A stretch of 64,000 nucleotides of DNA from Vulcanimicrobiota bacterium (GTDB taxonomy: Bacteria > Vulcanimicrobiota > Vulcanimicrobiia > Vulcanimicrobiales > Vulcanimicrobiaceae), in NCBI GenBank assembly GCA_963714015.1, contig OY970223.1, positions 640,001 through 704,000 on the forward strand, in the 5' to 3' direction. A model generated the notes under the pieces. The model made no database searches and was not told the DNA's origin. It saw only the letters and a program-made list of their open reading frames with translations. Made by a program: the position numbers and the translations under genes. Shown piece after piece: positions 9,957 to 19,859 of this stretch. Each line of letters starts with the position of its first letter. The first letter of the stretch is position 1.

Positions 9957-11146
9957 TATCGCGTTCTTCCCTTCCGCAGCATCCGGTAGACTTCACGGCT
10001 CTTCGTTTTGCTTCCAATTTCGATGGAGAGTCCGAGGCCTTCCGCGCAATCGACGAGCGGCGCGAAGTCGGGAACTTCGAGCTGCGGCATGGCTTCGATA
10101 GTAAGCCTCTGCAGCGCCCGCGCGCTCAAGATCGGCGTCAAATCACGTACCAGCCGAAGATCGCGCAGCGTTAGCGTATGAAGGCCGGAGTTGGAAGAGA
10201 AATCCGGCAAACGATCGATACGCACGTTCTGCAGCTCGAGGCGCTCCAAGGCCGGCAAACTTGCGATCTGCGAAAGATCGTAGATGCCGTGACGCAGCGC
10301 CAAAGTGCGCAAACGGCCTTTGAATCCGAGGGATGCCGGCGAGATGGGCGGGGTGTTGGTGAGCCGCAGATCTTCCAGTTGGGTGAAGCCGTACAGCTCT
10401 TGAACCGGCCACGACGTTCCGCGCAGCTCCAGAAAACGCAGCGACGCCAGTGCAGTGAGCGGCTCCAACGACATTCCACTCTCTACGGCAGCTCGAAAGC
10501 TCGCGAGCCGGTGAAGCTTGCGAAGTTCCGCCGCGTTTCGCACCAGCGGCGTATCGAGCATCAGCGCCGATATTGCGGAGAACCGCCCCAGCAGCGCGGC
10601 GTCGAAGCCGCCGGTCCACGTACCGTGAATTCGCAGCTCTACGTTCGAATGCGAGCGCAAATACGCTGCAAGCCGTTCGTAGTCCGCAGCGGGCAAATCC
10701 CGGCTGAATTGGGCGCGCCCGCCTGCATCGAGCAACGCCGGCGAAGCTAAGTCGAAATCCGGCTTGAGTTCGTAAACGGCAAGCGGCGTCTCAGGCGCGA
10801 TTCCGGCTATGGCTTGCAGCAGTTCTTCTTCCAATTGATCCGGAGTCGCGAATGCGGGCGACGAAAGCGCCGGTGCGGACCACGTTTCGGCCTCGAATGC
10901 GAGCGACGTTGCGAGGATCGGCCAACGTTGTTCTTCCAGCCCGGCGCCGCCGAAGAAACGCGCGAGCACTGCCGACTGCGGTCGCAATTTCCGCAGCATG
11001 TCGGGCGTCACCGGATCGTCTCGCCGTACTGCAAAGAAATAGCCGAACAATCGCGAGCGTTCTGCGCGCGCGATCAATCCGATCGTATCGCTGCTGCTCG
11101 GCAACGGAATCCGAAACCAGTCGCCCGCTTTGTATCGCCGCTTCAC
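9956..11146 (-). CDS. Imm26-like immunity domain fused to leucine-rich repeats
   Basis: N-terminus YKAGDWFRIPL..GLIAR..LFGYFF..L.P....WPIL resembles Imm26; C-terminus has repeated LxxLxL units. GTG start 11146 chosen. Confidence 0.7.
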   Translation of the reverse strand: MKRRYKAGDWFRIPLPSSSDTIGLIARAERSRLFGYFFAVRRDDPVTPDMLRKLRPQSAVLARFFGGAGLEEQRWPILATSLAFEAETWSAPALSSPAFATPDQLEEELLQAIAGIAPETPLAVYELKPDFDLASPALLDAGGRAQFSRDLPAADYERLAAYLRSHSNVELRIHGTWTGGFDAALLGRFSAISALMLDTPLVRNAAELRKLHRLASFRAAVESGMSLEPLTALASLRFLELRGTSWPVQELYGFTQLEDLRLTNTPPISPASLGFKGRLRTLALRHGIYDLSQIASLPALERLELQNVRIDRLPDFSSNSGLHTLTLRDLRLVRDLTPILSARALQRLTIEAMPQLEVPDFAPLVDCAEGLGLSIEIGSKTKSREVYRMLRKGRTR

Positions 11147-11181
11147 GCCGCGCCGGAGTTCGAGCGCGCTCCTCGAAACAC

Positions 11182-11808
11182 ATGGAAACTTTGAGTTCGT
11201 TTCGCACCGGATCCGGCAGACGCAGCGGCCAGCGTTTCGACGCAGAGCACGGCGTCGTGACCGAAGCCCTGATCTTCTTGGGGGAACTCGACCCCGAAGC
11301 GATGGGTGAGGCGCTCGAGGATGCAACGCATTACGAACCGACACCGGTAGCGCAGTGCAACGCCATGCTCGACGCGGTGCCGACGCCGCTCGAAACGTTC
11401 AGCTTCGTCGACGTCGGCGCGGGCATGGGGCGTATCGTGCTGCTCGCCTCTCGACGTCCGTTCAAGCAGATTACCGGCGTCGAATTCTCGCCCGCGCTCT
11501 GTGAGGTGGCGCAAGACAACGTCGTGCGCTGGCGCCGGGGCGGAAGCGGCGTGGCATGCAAAGATCTGCGAATCGTGTGTCGCGATGCGTTGGACTTTCG
11601 CTTTCCGCCGGGCGACCTCGCCGTATATCTTTATAATCCGTTCGGAGCTGCGTCCGTTCAACGGCTTGCGGACACCATGGCAGGGCGTAACGACGGCGCT
11701 TGCTATGTGCTCTACCACACGCCGGTTCACCGAGCAATCTTCGATGCAGACGCGCATTTCAAGCGGGTCGCCGAGCTGCCGTTCGGTGTCGTTTATCGAA
11801 AAGTTTAA
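11182..11808 (+). CDS. Class I SAM-dependent methyltransferase
   Basis: FVDVGAGMGR, GVEFS and YLYNPF motifs; ATG 11182. Confidence 0.85.
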   Translation: METLSSFRTGSGRRSGQRFDAEHGVVTEALIFLGELDPEAMGEALEDATHYEPTPVAQCNAMLDAVPTPLETFSFVDVGAGMGRIVLLASRRPFKQITGVEFSPALCEVAQDNVVRWRRGGSGVACKDLRIVCRDALDFRFPPGDLAVYLYNPFGAASVQRLADTMAGRNDGACYVLYHTPVHRAIFDADAHFKRVAELPFGVVYRKV

Positions 11809-12938
11809 GCGTTGCCCAGCATTCCGCGATCTTTCTGCGCGTAGATGTTGAGCAGAATGCCGATCGCAATAAAGTTCGTGATGATTGCCGAGCCGCCGTA
11901 AGACATGAACGGCAAGGGGATGCCGGTGATAGGCATGATCCCGATCGTCATACCGACGTTCACGACGACGTGGAACGCGAACATACCGACGATGCCCGCG
12001 GCCAGCAGAAAACCGAAACGGTCGCGCGCCGCGATCATCGTTTGGATGCCGCCGAACAGCAGGACCAGATAGCCGCAGATGAGCGCGATCGCGCCGAGAA
12101 AGCCGAGTTCCTCGGCGACGACCGTGAAGATGAAGTCGCGCGAATGTTCCGGTACGAAGTTCAGCTGCGTCTGCGTGCCGTGGTGCAAGCCGCGCCCGAA
12201 CCACTCGCCGCTGCCCACAGCGATCTTCGACTGATCGAGATTGTAGCCGGCGCCTTGCGGATCGGCCTTCGGATTGATGAAAACGAGCAGCCGGGATTTC
12301 TGAAACGGCTTCAAGATGAAGTTCGTTCCGACGGTAAAGGCCGCCGTCCCAATTACCCCGACCGCGTAGAGAAAGAAATACTGAACCTTCTCCAGGCCGA
12401 AAAACAGCTGAGTACTTAGAATCGCCAGAAAAACCAGCGTCGTTCCCAAGTCCGGCTGCTTGACGACCAGCAGCGCCGGAATACCGACGGTGAGGAGCGG
12501 CCGGAGCAGGTCTTCAATGCGCTGAAACGGCCAGCGGCACAATCCGTACGCGATGGAAATTGCCAGAATGAGTTTCGCCGGCTCCGACGGTTGAAACGTT
12601 CCGAGCGGTCCGAGCGATATCCAGCGCTGCGCACCGAGCGCGTTGTGGCCGGCCTTTAAGACGAACGCCAGCAGCAACAGGTTGGCGATGTACAGACCGG
12701 GCGCCCAGCGCTCGAAATTGCGATAGTCGATCCGCGAGAACACGTACATCGTTCCGACGCCGACCAGCAGATAAAAGATCTGCTTCTTGTATTCGGACGC
12801 CGCATCCGCCGAATGTAAATCCGCCGATTGAATCGCGATCACACCGAAAAACGAAATGACGATCGCCGCCGCAATCAAAAACCAGTTGACGCTGCGAAGA
12901 TACCGGCGCGTAGCGATCGGGAGCGCGATAGTGGCCAT
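11805..12938 (-). CDS. rodA: Rod shape-determining protein RodA (SEDS glycosyltransferase)
   Basis: GAQRWI, FQPSE, QPDLGT, GAGYN..QSKIAVGSG, PEHSRDFIF and GIPLPFMSYGGS; lies downstream of minCDE. Confidence 0.95.
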   Translation of the reverse strand: MATIALPIATRRYLRSVNWFLIAAAIVISFFGVIAIQSADLHSADAASEYKKQIFYLLVGVGTMYVFSRIDYRNFERWAPGLYIANLLLLAFVLKAGHNALGAQRWISLGPLGTFQPSEPAKLILAISIAYGLCRWPFQRIEDLLRPLLTVGIPALLVVKQPDLGTTLVFLAILSTQLFFGLEKVQYFFLYAVGVIGTAAFTVGTNFILKPFQKSRLLVFINPKADPQGAGYNLDQSKIAVGSGEWFGRGLHHGTQTQLNFVPEHSRDFIFTVVAEELGFLGAIALICGYLVLLFGGIQTMIAARDRFGFLLAAGIVGMFAFHVVVNVGMTIGIMPITGIPLPFMSYGGSAIITNFIAIGILLNIYAQKDRGMLGNA

Positions 12939-13148
12939 CTAGCGGGGTTATCGGCGGTTTTGCGGACTTAGCCCTCTCAAGCGGCCGAGCCGGCTCCTAT
13001 TGGCGGGACTAGGGAAGAAGCCTCGGCACCGTGGGCGCCGGAAAGACGTGTTTCGAACCGCGGAAATGAGAAAAGTCGGGAAAAATATTCATCATTTCTC
13101 GATTGAAGGATCCAGGATCTCTCCGGGCTCCGACGCTACTCCTCCGGG

Positions 13149-13625
13149 GTGGACCGGTCGGAACCTCGCGCCAATAAAAGAAGCGACGTCGCGGCAAAAC
13201 GGGCCTTTTGCGGGTGGCTCGTCGAGCAAGGATACAGCGATGTCGCCGTCGCGGCGTCCCCAGTTGACGTCATCGCGCGAAAGGACGGGCAGGCGTGGCT
13301 CTTCGAGGTAAAGTTTACGCAGGCTGAAAGCACGTGCTTCGGCGCGGCCACACTTACGGAGTGGGTAGCCGCCGCCAAGGATGCGGAGCACTTCCGATTT
13401 GTCGTCGCTTATGAGCGGTCGGGGAAGTGGATCTTCGACCTCTACACTCCCGAGCAATTCATGGCGTTCAGTTCGGTGCCGCCCTTCAAAGTGTATTTCA
13501 GCGTTCCGCTGGATGGGCTTGCCGCCCGTCAGCGCTCGACGTCATCGAGACGGATCTATTTGACGAAGGCGCGGCTTCGGCTGCTGACGACTCAATTCGA
13601 AGAGCTGCGAAAACTCGAAGACTAA
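13149..13625 (+). CDS. Putative PD-(D/E)xK restriction-fold nuclease (DUF3883-like)
   Basis: PVDVIARKDGQAWLFEVK fits the D...ExK active-site pattern, followed by LTEW..A....FRFVV. Confidence 0.6.
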   Translation: MDRSEPRANKRSDVAAKRAFCGWLVEQGYSDVAVAASPVDVIARKDGQAWLFEVKFTQAESTCFGAATLTEWVAAAKDAEHFRFVVAYERSGKWIFDLYTPEQFMAFSSVPPFKVYFSVPLDGLAARQRSTSSRRIYLTKARLRLLTTQFEELRKLED

Positions 13626-14095
13626 GTAGCGGGCGCGGGTGACGTCGCTGCCTGCGATGCGCCGCCGCCTTGCGTATTCTTACGGCGCTTGCGGCGCGGT
13701 CGCGCCGTCGGTGCAGCTTCGGGCGCATCGGCAATCGCCTGCGGCGCTTGGGGCGCATCGGTTGCGGCGGCGACTGAGGTCTCGGCGCCGTTCGCAGTGT
13801 GACCGTTCGCTGTGTGGCCGTTGGTACTGCCGCCGTCGCCGTTGCGATTGACGCCGGTGATTGGGATGTTGGCCAGCATCGCAAGCGCTTTGTCTTGGTG
13901 CTCGAAGTGCACGTCGATCTTCTCGCGGTCGACCTCCACGTAGCGCGAGATAACGTCGACCAGATCGCGTTTCATCGACTCGATCATCTCAGGCGCGAGC
14001 GAAAGATGGTCGGACATCAGCACCAGACGCAGGCGTTCTTTTGCGGTGGCGCCCGAGCTTTGGCGGCCGAAGAGGCGATTGAAGAACTCGATCAT
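13622..14095 (-). CDS. minE: Cell division topological specificity factor MinE with C-terminal extension
   Basis: FFNRLFG...SGATAKERLRLVL.SD...LANIPI; last gene of the min cluster. Confidence 0.93.
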   Translation of the reverse strand: MIEFFNRLFGRQSSGATAKERLRLVLMSDHLSLAPEMIESMKRDLVDVISRYVEVDREKIDVHFEHQDKALAMLANIPITGVNRNGDGGSTNGHTANGHTANGAETSVAAATDAPQAPQAIADAPEAAPTARPRRKRRKNTQGGGASQAATSPAPAT

Positions 14096-14098
14096 CGT

Positions 14099-14953
14099 TT
14101 AGTGCTTGCCTCCGAAGAACGCGCCCATGCGATCCAGGAAGGACGCCTTGTACTCGACGGTCGGTGCGGGCACGTCTTCGCCCGCGATGCGCGCGGCGAT
14201 CGCGTGATAGGCGCTGGCGGTCTGGGAATCGTTGCGAAGCGCGAGCGGCTCGCCTTTGTTGGTCGAAACGATGACCGCGGGTTCGTCCGCGATGACGCCG
14301 AGCAGCGGAAGGCGCAGAATCGCATTGACGTCGTCGACGGAGAGCATCTTGCCTTTCTTCACCAGTTGCGGACGCACGCGGTTGATGACGAGCTGCGGTG
14401 CGAAGCGATTGCCGAGCAAGCCCACCACGCGATCGACGTCGCGGACCGCGGAAACCTCAGGAGTGCAGACGACGATTGCTTCCAGCGCGCCGGCGACTGC
14501 GTTTTGAAAGCCCTTCTCGATACCCGCGGGACAGTCGATCAGCACGTACTCGAACCGTTCGCGCAGCGTCTGCACGAGCTGGATCATCTTTTCGGTGTCG
14601 ACTTCGTCTTTTTCGCGCGCTTGGGCTGCCGCCAGCAAGTAGAGCGTCGAGGAGTTCTTGTCGCGCACGAGCGCGTCGTCGAGCGTGACTTTCTCTTCGA
14701 GCACGTCGAGCACGTGGTGTTTGACCCGGCTCTCCAAGCCGAGCACGATGTCGAGATTGCGCAGCCCTACGTCTGCATCGATCAGCGCGACCGAAGCGCC
14801 GCGGCGGGCAAGCGCGGTCCCCAAATTCGCAGTCGTCGTCGTTTTACCGACGCCGCCCTTGCCGGACGTGATCACGATCGCGCGTCCGAGTTTCGCCGGA
14901 ACGCCGGCGGCTTGCATCTGCGGATCTGCGGAGTTTTGGCTGAGAACGTGCAT
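14099..14953 (-). CDS. minD: Septum site-determining ATPase MinD (copy 2)
   Basis: SGKGGVGKTT, DVGLRNLD, DCPAG and amphipathic C-terminus SFLDRMGAFF. Confidence 0.9.
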   Translation of the reverse strand: MHVLSQNSADPQMQAAGVPAKLGRAIVITSGKGGVGKTTTTANLGTALARRGASVALIDADVGLRNLDIVLGLESRVKHHVLDVLEEKVTLDDALVRDKNSSTLYLLAAAQAREKDEVDTEKMIQLVQTLRERFEYVLIDCPAGIEKGFQNAVAGALEAIVVCTPEVSAVRDVDRVVGLLGNRFAPQLVINRVRPQLVKKGKMLSVDDVNAILRLPLLGVIADEPAVIVSTNKGEPLALRNDSQTASAYHAIAARIAGEDVPAPTVEYKASFLDRMGAFFGGKH

Positions 14954-14959
14954 GAGGCA

Positions 14960-15751
14960 CTAACCTGCTTTCAGTGCGCCGAAGAGACGCCCGAGGAAAC
15001 CTGGGGAATCGAGGTTGGTGAACGGCACGAGCTCACCTTGGAGGCGGCGCGCGATTTTATCGTAGATGACACGCAGGCGGTTACTTTCGTCCAACACGAT
15101 CGGTTCGCCGCGATTCGTCGTGTCGATGACCTCTTCGTCGTCGGGCACGATCCCGAGCAACTCGGCGGAGAGTATCTCACAGACGTCTTCCACCGAGAGC
15201 ATGTCGCCGGTGCGCACCATCTCGGGACGGATGCGATTGACGATCAGCCGAATCGGCAGTCCGCGCTCGGAGACTTTGCCGATCACCCGGTCCGCGTCGC
15301 GGATCGCGCTGACCTCGGGCGTGGTAACGACGACAGCTTCGGCAGCGCCCGCGACTGCGTTGCGAAAGCCGCCTTCGATCCCCGCCGGGCAGTCGATCAA
15401 AACGTAATCGGCCAACGCCGCCAGATCGTCAACGACCTTGGCCATCTGCTCTTCGGTAACCGCGTCCTTGTCACGCGTCTGCGCCGCCGGAAGAATGGAA
15501 AGCGAATCGAAGCGCTTGTCCTTGATCAGCGCTTGGCGAACCTGACAGCGCCCTTCCACCACTTCGACCAAATCGAAGACGATGCGCTTTTCGAGTCCCA
15601 GGACGAGATCGAGGTTGCGCAGGCCGATGTCGGCGTCAACCAGGATGACGCGTTCCCCGCGCTTGGCCAGAGCCGCGCCGACGTTGGCGGTCGTCGTGGT
15701 TTTGCCGACGCCCCCTTTTCCCGATGTAAAGACGATCTTGCGAGCACTCAC
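14960..15751 (-). CDS. minD: Septum site-determining ATPase MinD (copy 1)
   Basis: SGKGGVGKTT, DIGLRNLD, DCPAG and membrane-targeting helix GFLGRLFG. Confidence 0.95.
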   Translation of the reverse strand: MSARKIVFTSGKGGVGKTTTTANVGAALAKRGERVILVDADIGLRNLDLVLGLEKRIVFDLVEVVEGRCQVRQALIKDKRFDSLSILPAAQTRDKDAVTEEQMAKVVDDLAALADYVLIDCPAGIEGGFRNAVAGAAEAVVVTTPEVSAIRDADRVIGKVSERGLPIRLIVNRIRPEMVRTGDMLSVEDVCEILSAELLGIVPDDEEVIDTTNRGEPIVLDESNRLRVIYDKIARRLQGELVPFTNLDSPGFLGRLFGALKAG

Positions 15752-16608
15752 GCGGGCGCGTTCCCCCTTGGAAAGATCACGATGCGATCATCTTGCACCC
15801 GCGCCGTCTCCCCAGTCCGCGCCGTCCGAGCGTGATTGCCGGGTTCGGCGGCGATGAACGTCGCGATGCGAAGTTGTGTAGGTGCAAGTTCGATAGCGTG
15901 GACGCAAGCTTGCGCATCGCCTTGCGCTCCGGCGTGAGCGACACCACGAAGGGCCCCGAAGACGACGATATCGCCGCTTGCCACCAGCTCCGCTCCCGGA
16001 TTTACGTCACCGATCACGACGATGTTCCCGACGTTGTGCAGCGACTGCCCGCCACGCAGCGTGCCGGTGTGGTAGAGCGTTACGACCGCGGGCGGCACTT
16101 CAGCCGATGCCGGAGGCGGCTTTTGTTGAGCCGCTTCCCGAGCGGCCGGATCGCTGAAGATAACACGCCGGACGCTTGCCTCACCGCTTTTCCGTCTGGA
16201 CGCAATGTCTGCGCGCGCGCCGGCAAAGTCGGCGACCAGCGAGCGCGCCGCGGCCGAAAGCTGAACCTCGCGTTTCGGACGCAGCGCACGCCGCCGCGCA
16301 AGCTCCTCGCCGCCGTCGTCGAGCTGACCGCCGGCAAAACGCAACCCGTTCGCCTCCGCGAGCGGTTCCAAATGCGGACCGCCGCTGATGGCCTCGAGTC
16401 CGATGCCGTGCTGGGTCAGAAGCGCCGTCAGCGCCGCGAGCTGCTCCTCGGATAGGGACGAGCCCCCCAGAGCAGCGGTAGCGGCAGCACCGGTATAAAA
16501 ACCGGGCCGCTCCGCGAGCTTGCCTTTCAGCTCGGCGAGGGCGTCGTCGAATTCGCTGCCTCCCAGAGCGAGTTCGAGACCCATCCCCTTGCCGCGCAAA
16601 ACCGCCAT
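15748..16608 (-). CDS. minC: Septum site-determining protein MinC
   Basis: C-terminal TLRGGQ...GDVNPGAE...GALRGVAHAG...QLRIA; ATG 16608. Confidence 0.93.
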   Translation of the reverse strand: MAVLRGKGMGLELALGGSEFDDALAELKGKLAERPGFYTGAAATAALGGSSLSEEQLAALTALLTQHGIGLEAISGGPHLEPLAEANGLRFAGGQLDDGGEELARRRALRPKREVQLSAAARSLVADFAGARADIASRRKSGEASVRRVIFSDPAAREAAQQKPPPASAEVPPAVVTLYHTGTLRGGQSLHNVGNIVVIGDVNPGAELVASGDIVVFGALRGVAHAGAQGDAQACVHAIELAPTQLRIATFIAAEPGNHARTARTGETARVQDDRIVIFPRGNAPA

Positions 16609-16671
16609 CTGGCGGGCGGTTCGCACGGCCGGTAACGTGCCCTTCGAACTCCACAGTCGCCTCACAAGTTC

Positions 16672-16688
16672 CTGTGGTTTATCCACAG
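16672..16688. promoter_or_regulatory. DnaA box within a palindrome upstream of minC
   Basis: Perfect TTATCCACA at 16679-16687 inside CTGTGG-TTTAT-CCACAG. Confidence 0.6.
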
Positions 16689-16799
16689 AACGTACACATG
16701 AGCGAACCGCGGCCGGACGCGGTAACATAGAGACAGGGGGACGCGTTGTAAATGTGACCCCCGGAGGCCTGACCCCTGTGGCAGGCAGAGGTATTTGAC

Positions 16800-18852
16800 G
16801 TGATGTTTCGCCGTATTATCCCCATCGCCGCCATCATTGCATTGATTGGTGCCATATGCCCGTCACCCGCGCTCGCGGTGTCGACTCAGACCGAAATCGA
16901 GATGGGCCGCGCGTACGATCAGCAGATCGTCGAAAGCAGCGTGGTTGAGACGGATCCGCTGCTCAATCAATGGGTGCAGAGCGTCGCAAGCAAACTGTGG
17001 GCCGAAACGGCACGCAAAGACGTACCGTACAACGTCAAGATACTCAAAGCCGCCGACATCAACGCGTTCTCGACGCTGGGAGGCTACGTGTACGTCGACT
17101 CGCCGCTGCTCGATTTCGTTCAGTCGGACGACGAGCTCGCAGGCGTGCTGGGCCACGAAACCGGCCACATCGAGCGGCGACACGTTCTGACCACGCAGAC
17201 CAAGGCGAACATTCTCAACATCTTGTTCGGCATCGCTTCATTGTTCTCGCCGTTCATTTACAACTTCGGCAACCTCATTGAAGCGGGCGCGATCTCGAAA
17301 ATTCAGCGCACCGACGAGCTGCAGGCCGACCAATACGGCCTGCTGCTGATGTCACGAGCAGGCTACGATCCGGAAGCGATGCTCTCGATGCAGCAGCATC
17401 TGGGAGCGCTCGAAGGCGAGCACAACGACCTCGTAACCAAGTACTTCGAGGATCACCCCGGATCGTCGGCGCGCGTCGCGCATTTGCTCGGGTATCCCGA
17501 ACTCGATCCGACCAAAACCACACCGCAGGAGCGCTTGGTTTGGGCTCTGCACGATCTGGACGAGTGCCGCTACAACATCGCCGGCATGGAACTGCACCAA
17601 ATTCTGCAGACCGATCCGCATAATCAGCAAGCCCTGCTCGCACTCGGGCAATCGCAGCTGGCTCTCGGCTTGACGAGTAAGAGCGAGCAAACGCTGGGAG
17701 AACTTACGACGAGCGCCTCTCCGCAAGTCAAGGCGGCGGCTCACGAAAAGATCGAAGCTCTGCGCGAGATGGAAGTCCGGCGCGTCGATTTGACGCGGCC
17801 CAATCTGACGGATCTGCGTACGCGCCTCGCGCAAGCGCAGACTGTGCAAGAACAGGCGGTCGCGCAAGTCGGATCGCGGCACGACGAGGGCCATAGCCAG
17901 CTCGAAATCGATTCAGTCGCGCCTCGATACGATTACGTACGAGATTCCCGATTTCAGCCGCATTCAAGTCAAGCCCGGTTCGCGTCTGGAAGCGGTCGAG
18001 AAAAATCTCAACGGCATGGCGCGCTCGGTGAACAGCGCACTGGAAGATGCAGGAGAGGCGATCGACCAAGTCGGCTCAGTCGACACCAAGACGAACAAAC
18101 CAACGGGATTGCTCAAAGAGAACGAGCTGATCCTCTCGGAGATGCAGGATCCGCTGAACAACAATCCCATTCCGTCCGACTCGATCGCGACGTTCCCGTC
18201 TTATCCGGACATGCTCGGCGAACTATCTAACGCCGACAGCGACATGGTTCGCTCGGTCGACGCCGGACGCGCCGCAGCGATGCAGCTCGACGTCGCGCTC
18301 GGCGATCTGGATGCGTTCATCAAGCGGCTGCAGCAAGTGCAGCTGAGCTACTTCGGCGACATCGGGGAGATCGACTATCAGGGCCTGGTTCCGTACATGC
18401 AGAAGGCCGAGGGCTCGCTCGGAGAGGCCGCAGTCTCCGCGTCACAAGCGGATCAGCTCTACAACATGGCACGCGCGCGGCAGTTCGCTGCCCGGATTAC
18501 GCTGCTGGGACTGGGAACGTCGCCGCAGCGTTACCAAACGCTTCAGAATGCGATTAACACGCGCTGGAACGTCGACGACTTGAGCTACATCGACATGCTG
18601 CACGACAACGTTTCCCCGGGCGAGCTCACGGCGGCATCGATCGTTGCGGCCGACACGCACACCACGCCTCAAACCATCATCAAAGAAGCCCACGACAGCC
18701 AGCGCAGCATCGTCGACGTCGCCAACGCGCGCGGCATGCACGCGCAGGCGCTCGAAGTGTTCCTGCACCTCATTTACATGGACTACACGGACGACCCGCA
18801 GAAGGAGGCCCACCCCACCGGTCCGCAGATCGGGCAACAATCCGACGCCTAG
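16800..18852 (+). CDS. M48 family metalloprotease (BepA/YfgC-like) with TPR/helical C-terminus; +1 frameshift near 17905
   Basis: Signal peptide, INAF, DELAGVLGHETGH, ELQAD and DHP; continues in the frame of ORF 18016-18852. Span is 3n+1. Confidence 0.85.
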
Positions 18853-18869
18853 CGGGTATGTAGTCGTGT

Positions 18870-19850
18870 ATGGCTACCGCTAGCGCCGAACTCCTCAGGC
18901 TGGTCCGCAAAGGCATAAACGTCAAAACGGTTCACGCGAGCACGCGCAAACCGTTCCGCTTCTACCTGTGCGGCGACCCCGCGTTGATTGCGGAGATGCG
19001 GGGTTTCCTGCTCTCCGGGAGCGATGAAACCGTGCCCCCCGACGCCCCCGGGTGTTTGGAGACGCTGAGCCCCGGAACGATTCCGCCTGCAGACGCGAGC
19101 GAAGCGCGCCTGGTGATTTTCATGGGGAGGCGCGGAGACGCCGCGGCCGGCGTGAATGCGCTGCGCGGGGTTCGGCTGCCGGTCTTTGCGGTGACGGTCG
19201 ACGAGACCGCGGCTGCATCGGGGCCGCCTTCGGCGCCGGCGGGCGACTCCTTCGCTGAGTACGTCGTGCCGCAGATCTCGCGCGAAGCAATGCGCGGCCG
19301 CCTTCTGCCGCACATCGTGGACACGTGTAAAGGCGTGGAGATCGCGGTCGGGCGCCGGCTGCCCGCGATGCGCGAGTTCGTTGCGGCCAAGCTTACACGG
19401 GACGCAGCCAACAATGCGCTCAAGATCGCGCTCGCCAGTGCGGTCGTGGATCACATTCCCCTGGTCGGTCTAGTCGTCGGCCTGTTCGCTTCCGCAGGCG
19501 ACATGGTCGCCATCACCGGCATCCAAATGATGCTGATGCTGCACATCGAGGCGACGTATGGAAAGGACCCGGACGTGCAGCGCATGTGGCAGCTGCTTCC
19601 GGTCATCGGCGGCGGTTTCGGCTGGCGTTCGCTCGCGCGCGAACTTTCCGGGTTCATTCCCGTTGCGGGAATTGCGATAAAAGGCGCGATTGCATATGCC
19701 GGCACAATCGTCGTCGGCGAAGGCGTGACCTTCTACTACCAGCAAGGCCGCCACATGAGCACCGCGGACGCGAAGATGCTCTACGAATCCACGAAGAACG
19801 AAGCGCTCACGTTCGCGCGCGATCTGCTCAAACGCATCGCCAAGCGCTGA
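18870..19850 (+). CDS. Hypothetical protein, DUF697/YcjF-like C-terminal membrane region
   Basis: DMVAITGIQMMLML..I...YG...ARELSGFIPVAGIAIKGAIAYAGT pattern. Confidence 0.65.
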   Translation: MATASAELLRLVRKGINVKTVHASTRKPFRFYLCGDPALIAEMRGFLLSGSDETVPPDAPGCLETLSPGTIPPADASEARLVIFMGRRGDAAAGVNALRGVRLPVFAVTVDETAAASGPPSAPAGDSFAEYVVPQISREAMRGRLLPHIVDTCKGVEIAVGRRLPAMREFVAAKLTRDAANNALKIALASAVVDHIPLVGLVVGLFASAGDMVAITGIQMMLMLHIEATYGKDPDVQRMWQLLPVIGGGFGWRSLARELSGFIPVAGIAIKGAIAYAGTIVVGEGVTFYYQQGRHMSTADAKMLYESTKNEALTFARDLLKRIAKR

Positions 19851-19859
19851 CGCCGGCGC

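Noticed and set aside
13799..15835. 678-aa plus-strand ORF and similar long antisense ORFs (e.g. 58012-59760, 51680-52981)
   Set aside because: Shadow ORFs opposite well-conserved genes, expected in high-GC DNA, with no recognisable motifs.
16648..16690. oriC at the DnaA box
   Set aside because: Only one perfect box, no AT-rich unwinding element, and no dnaA/dnaN nearby.
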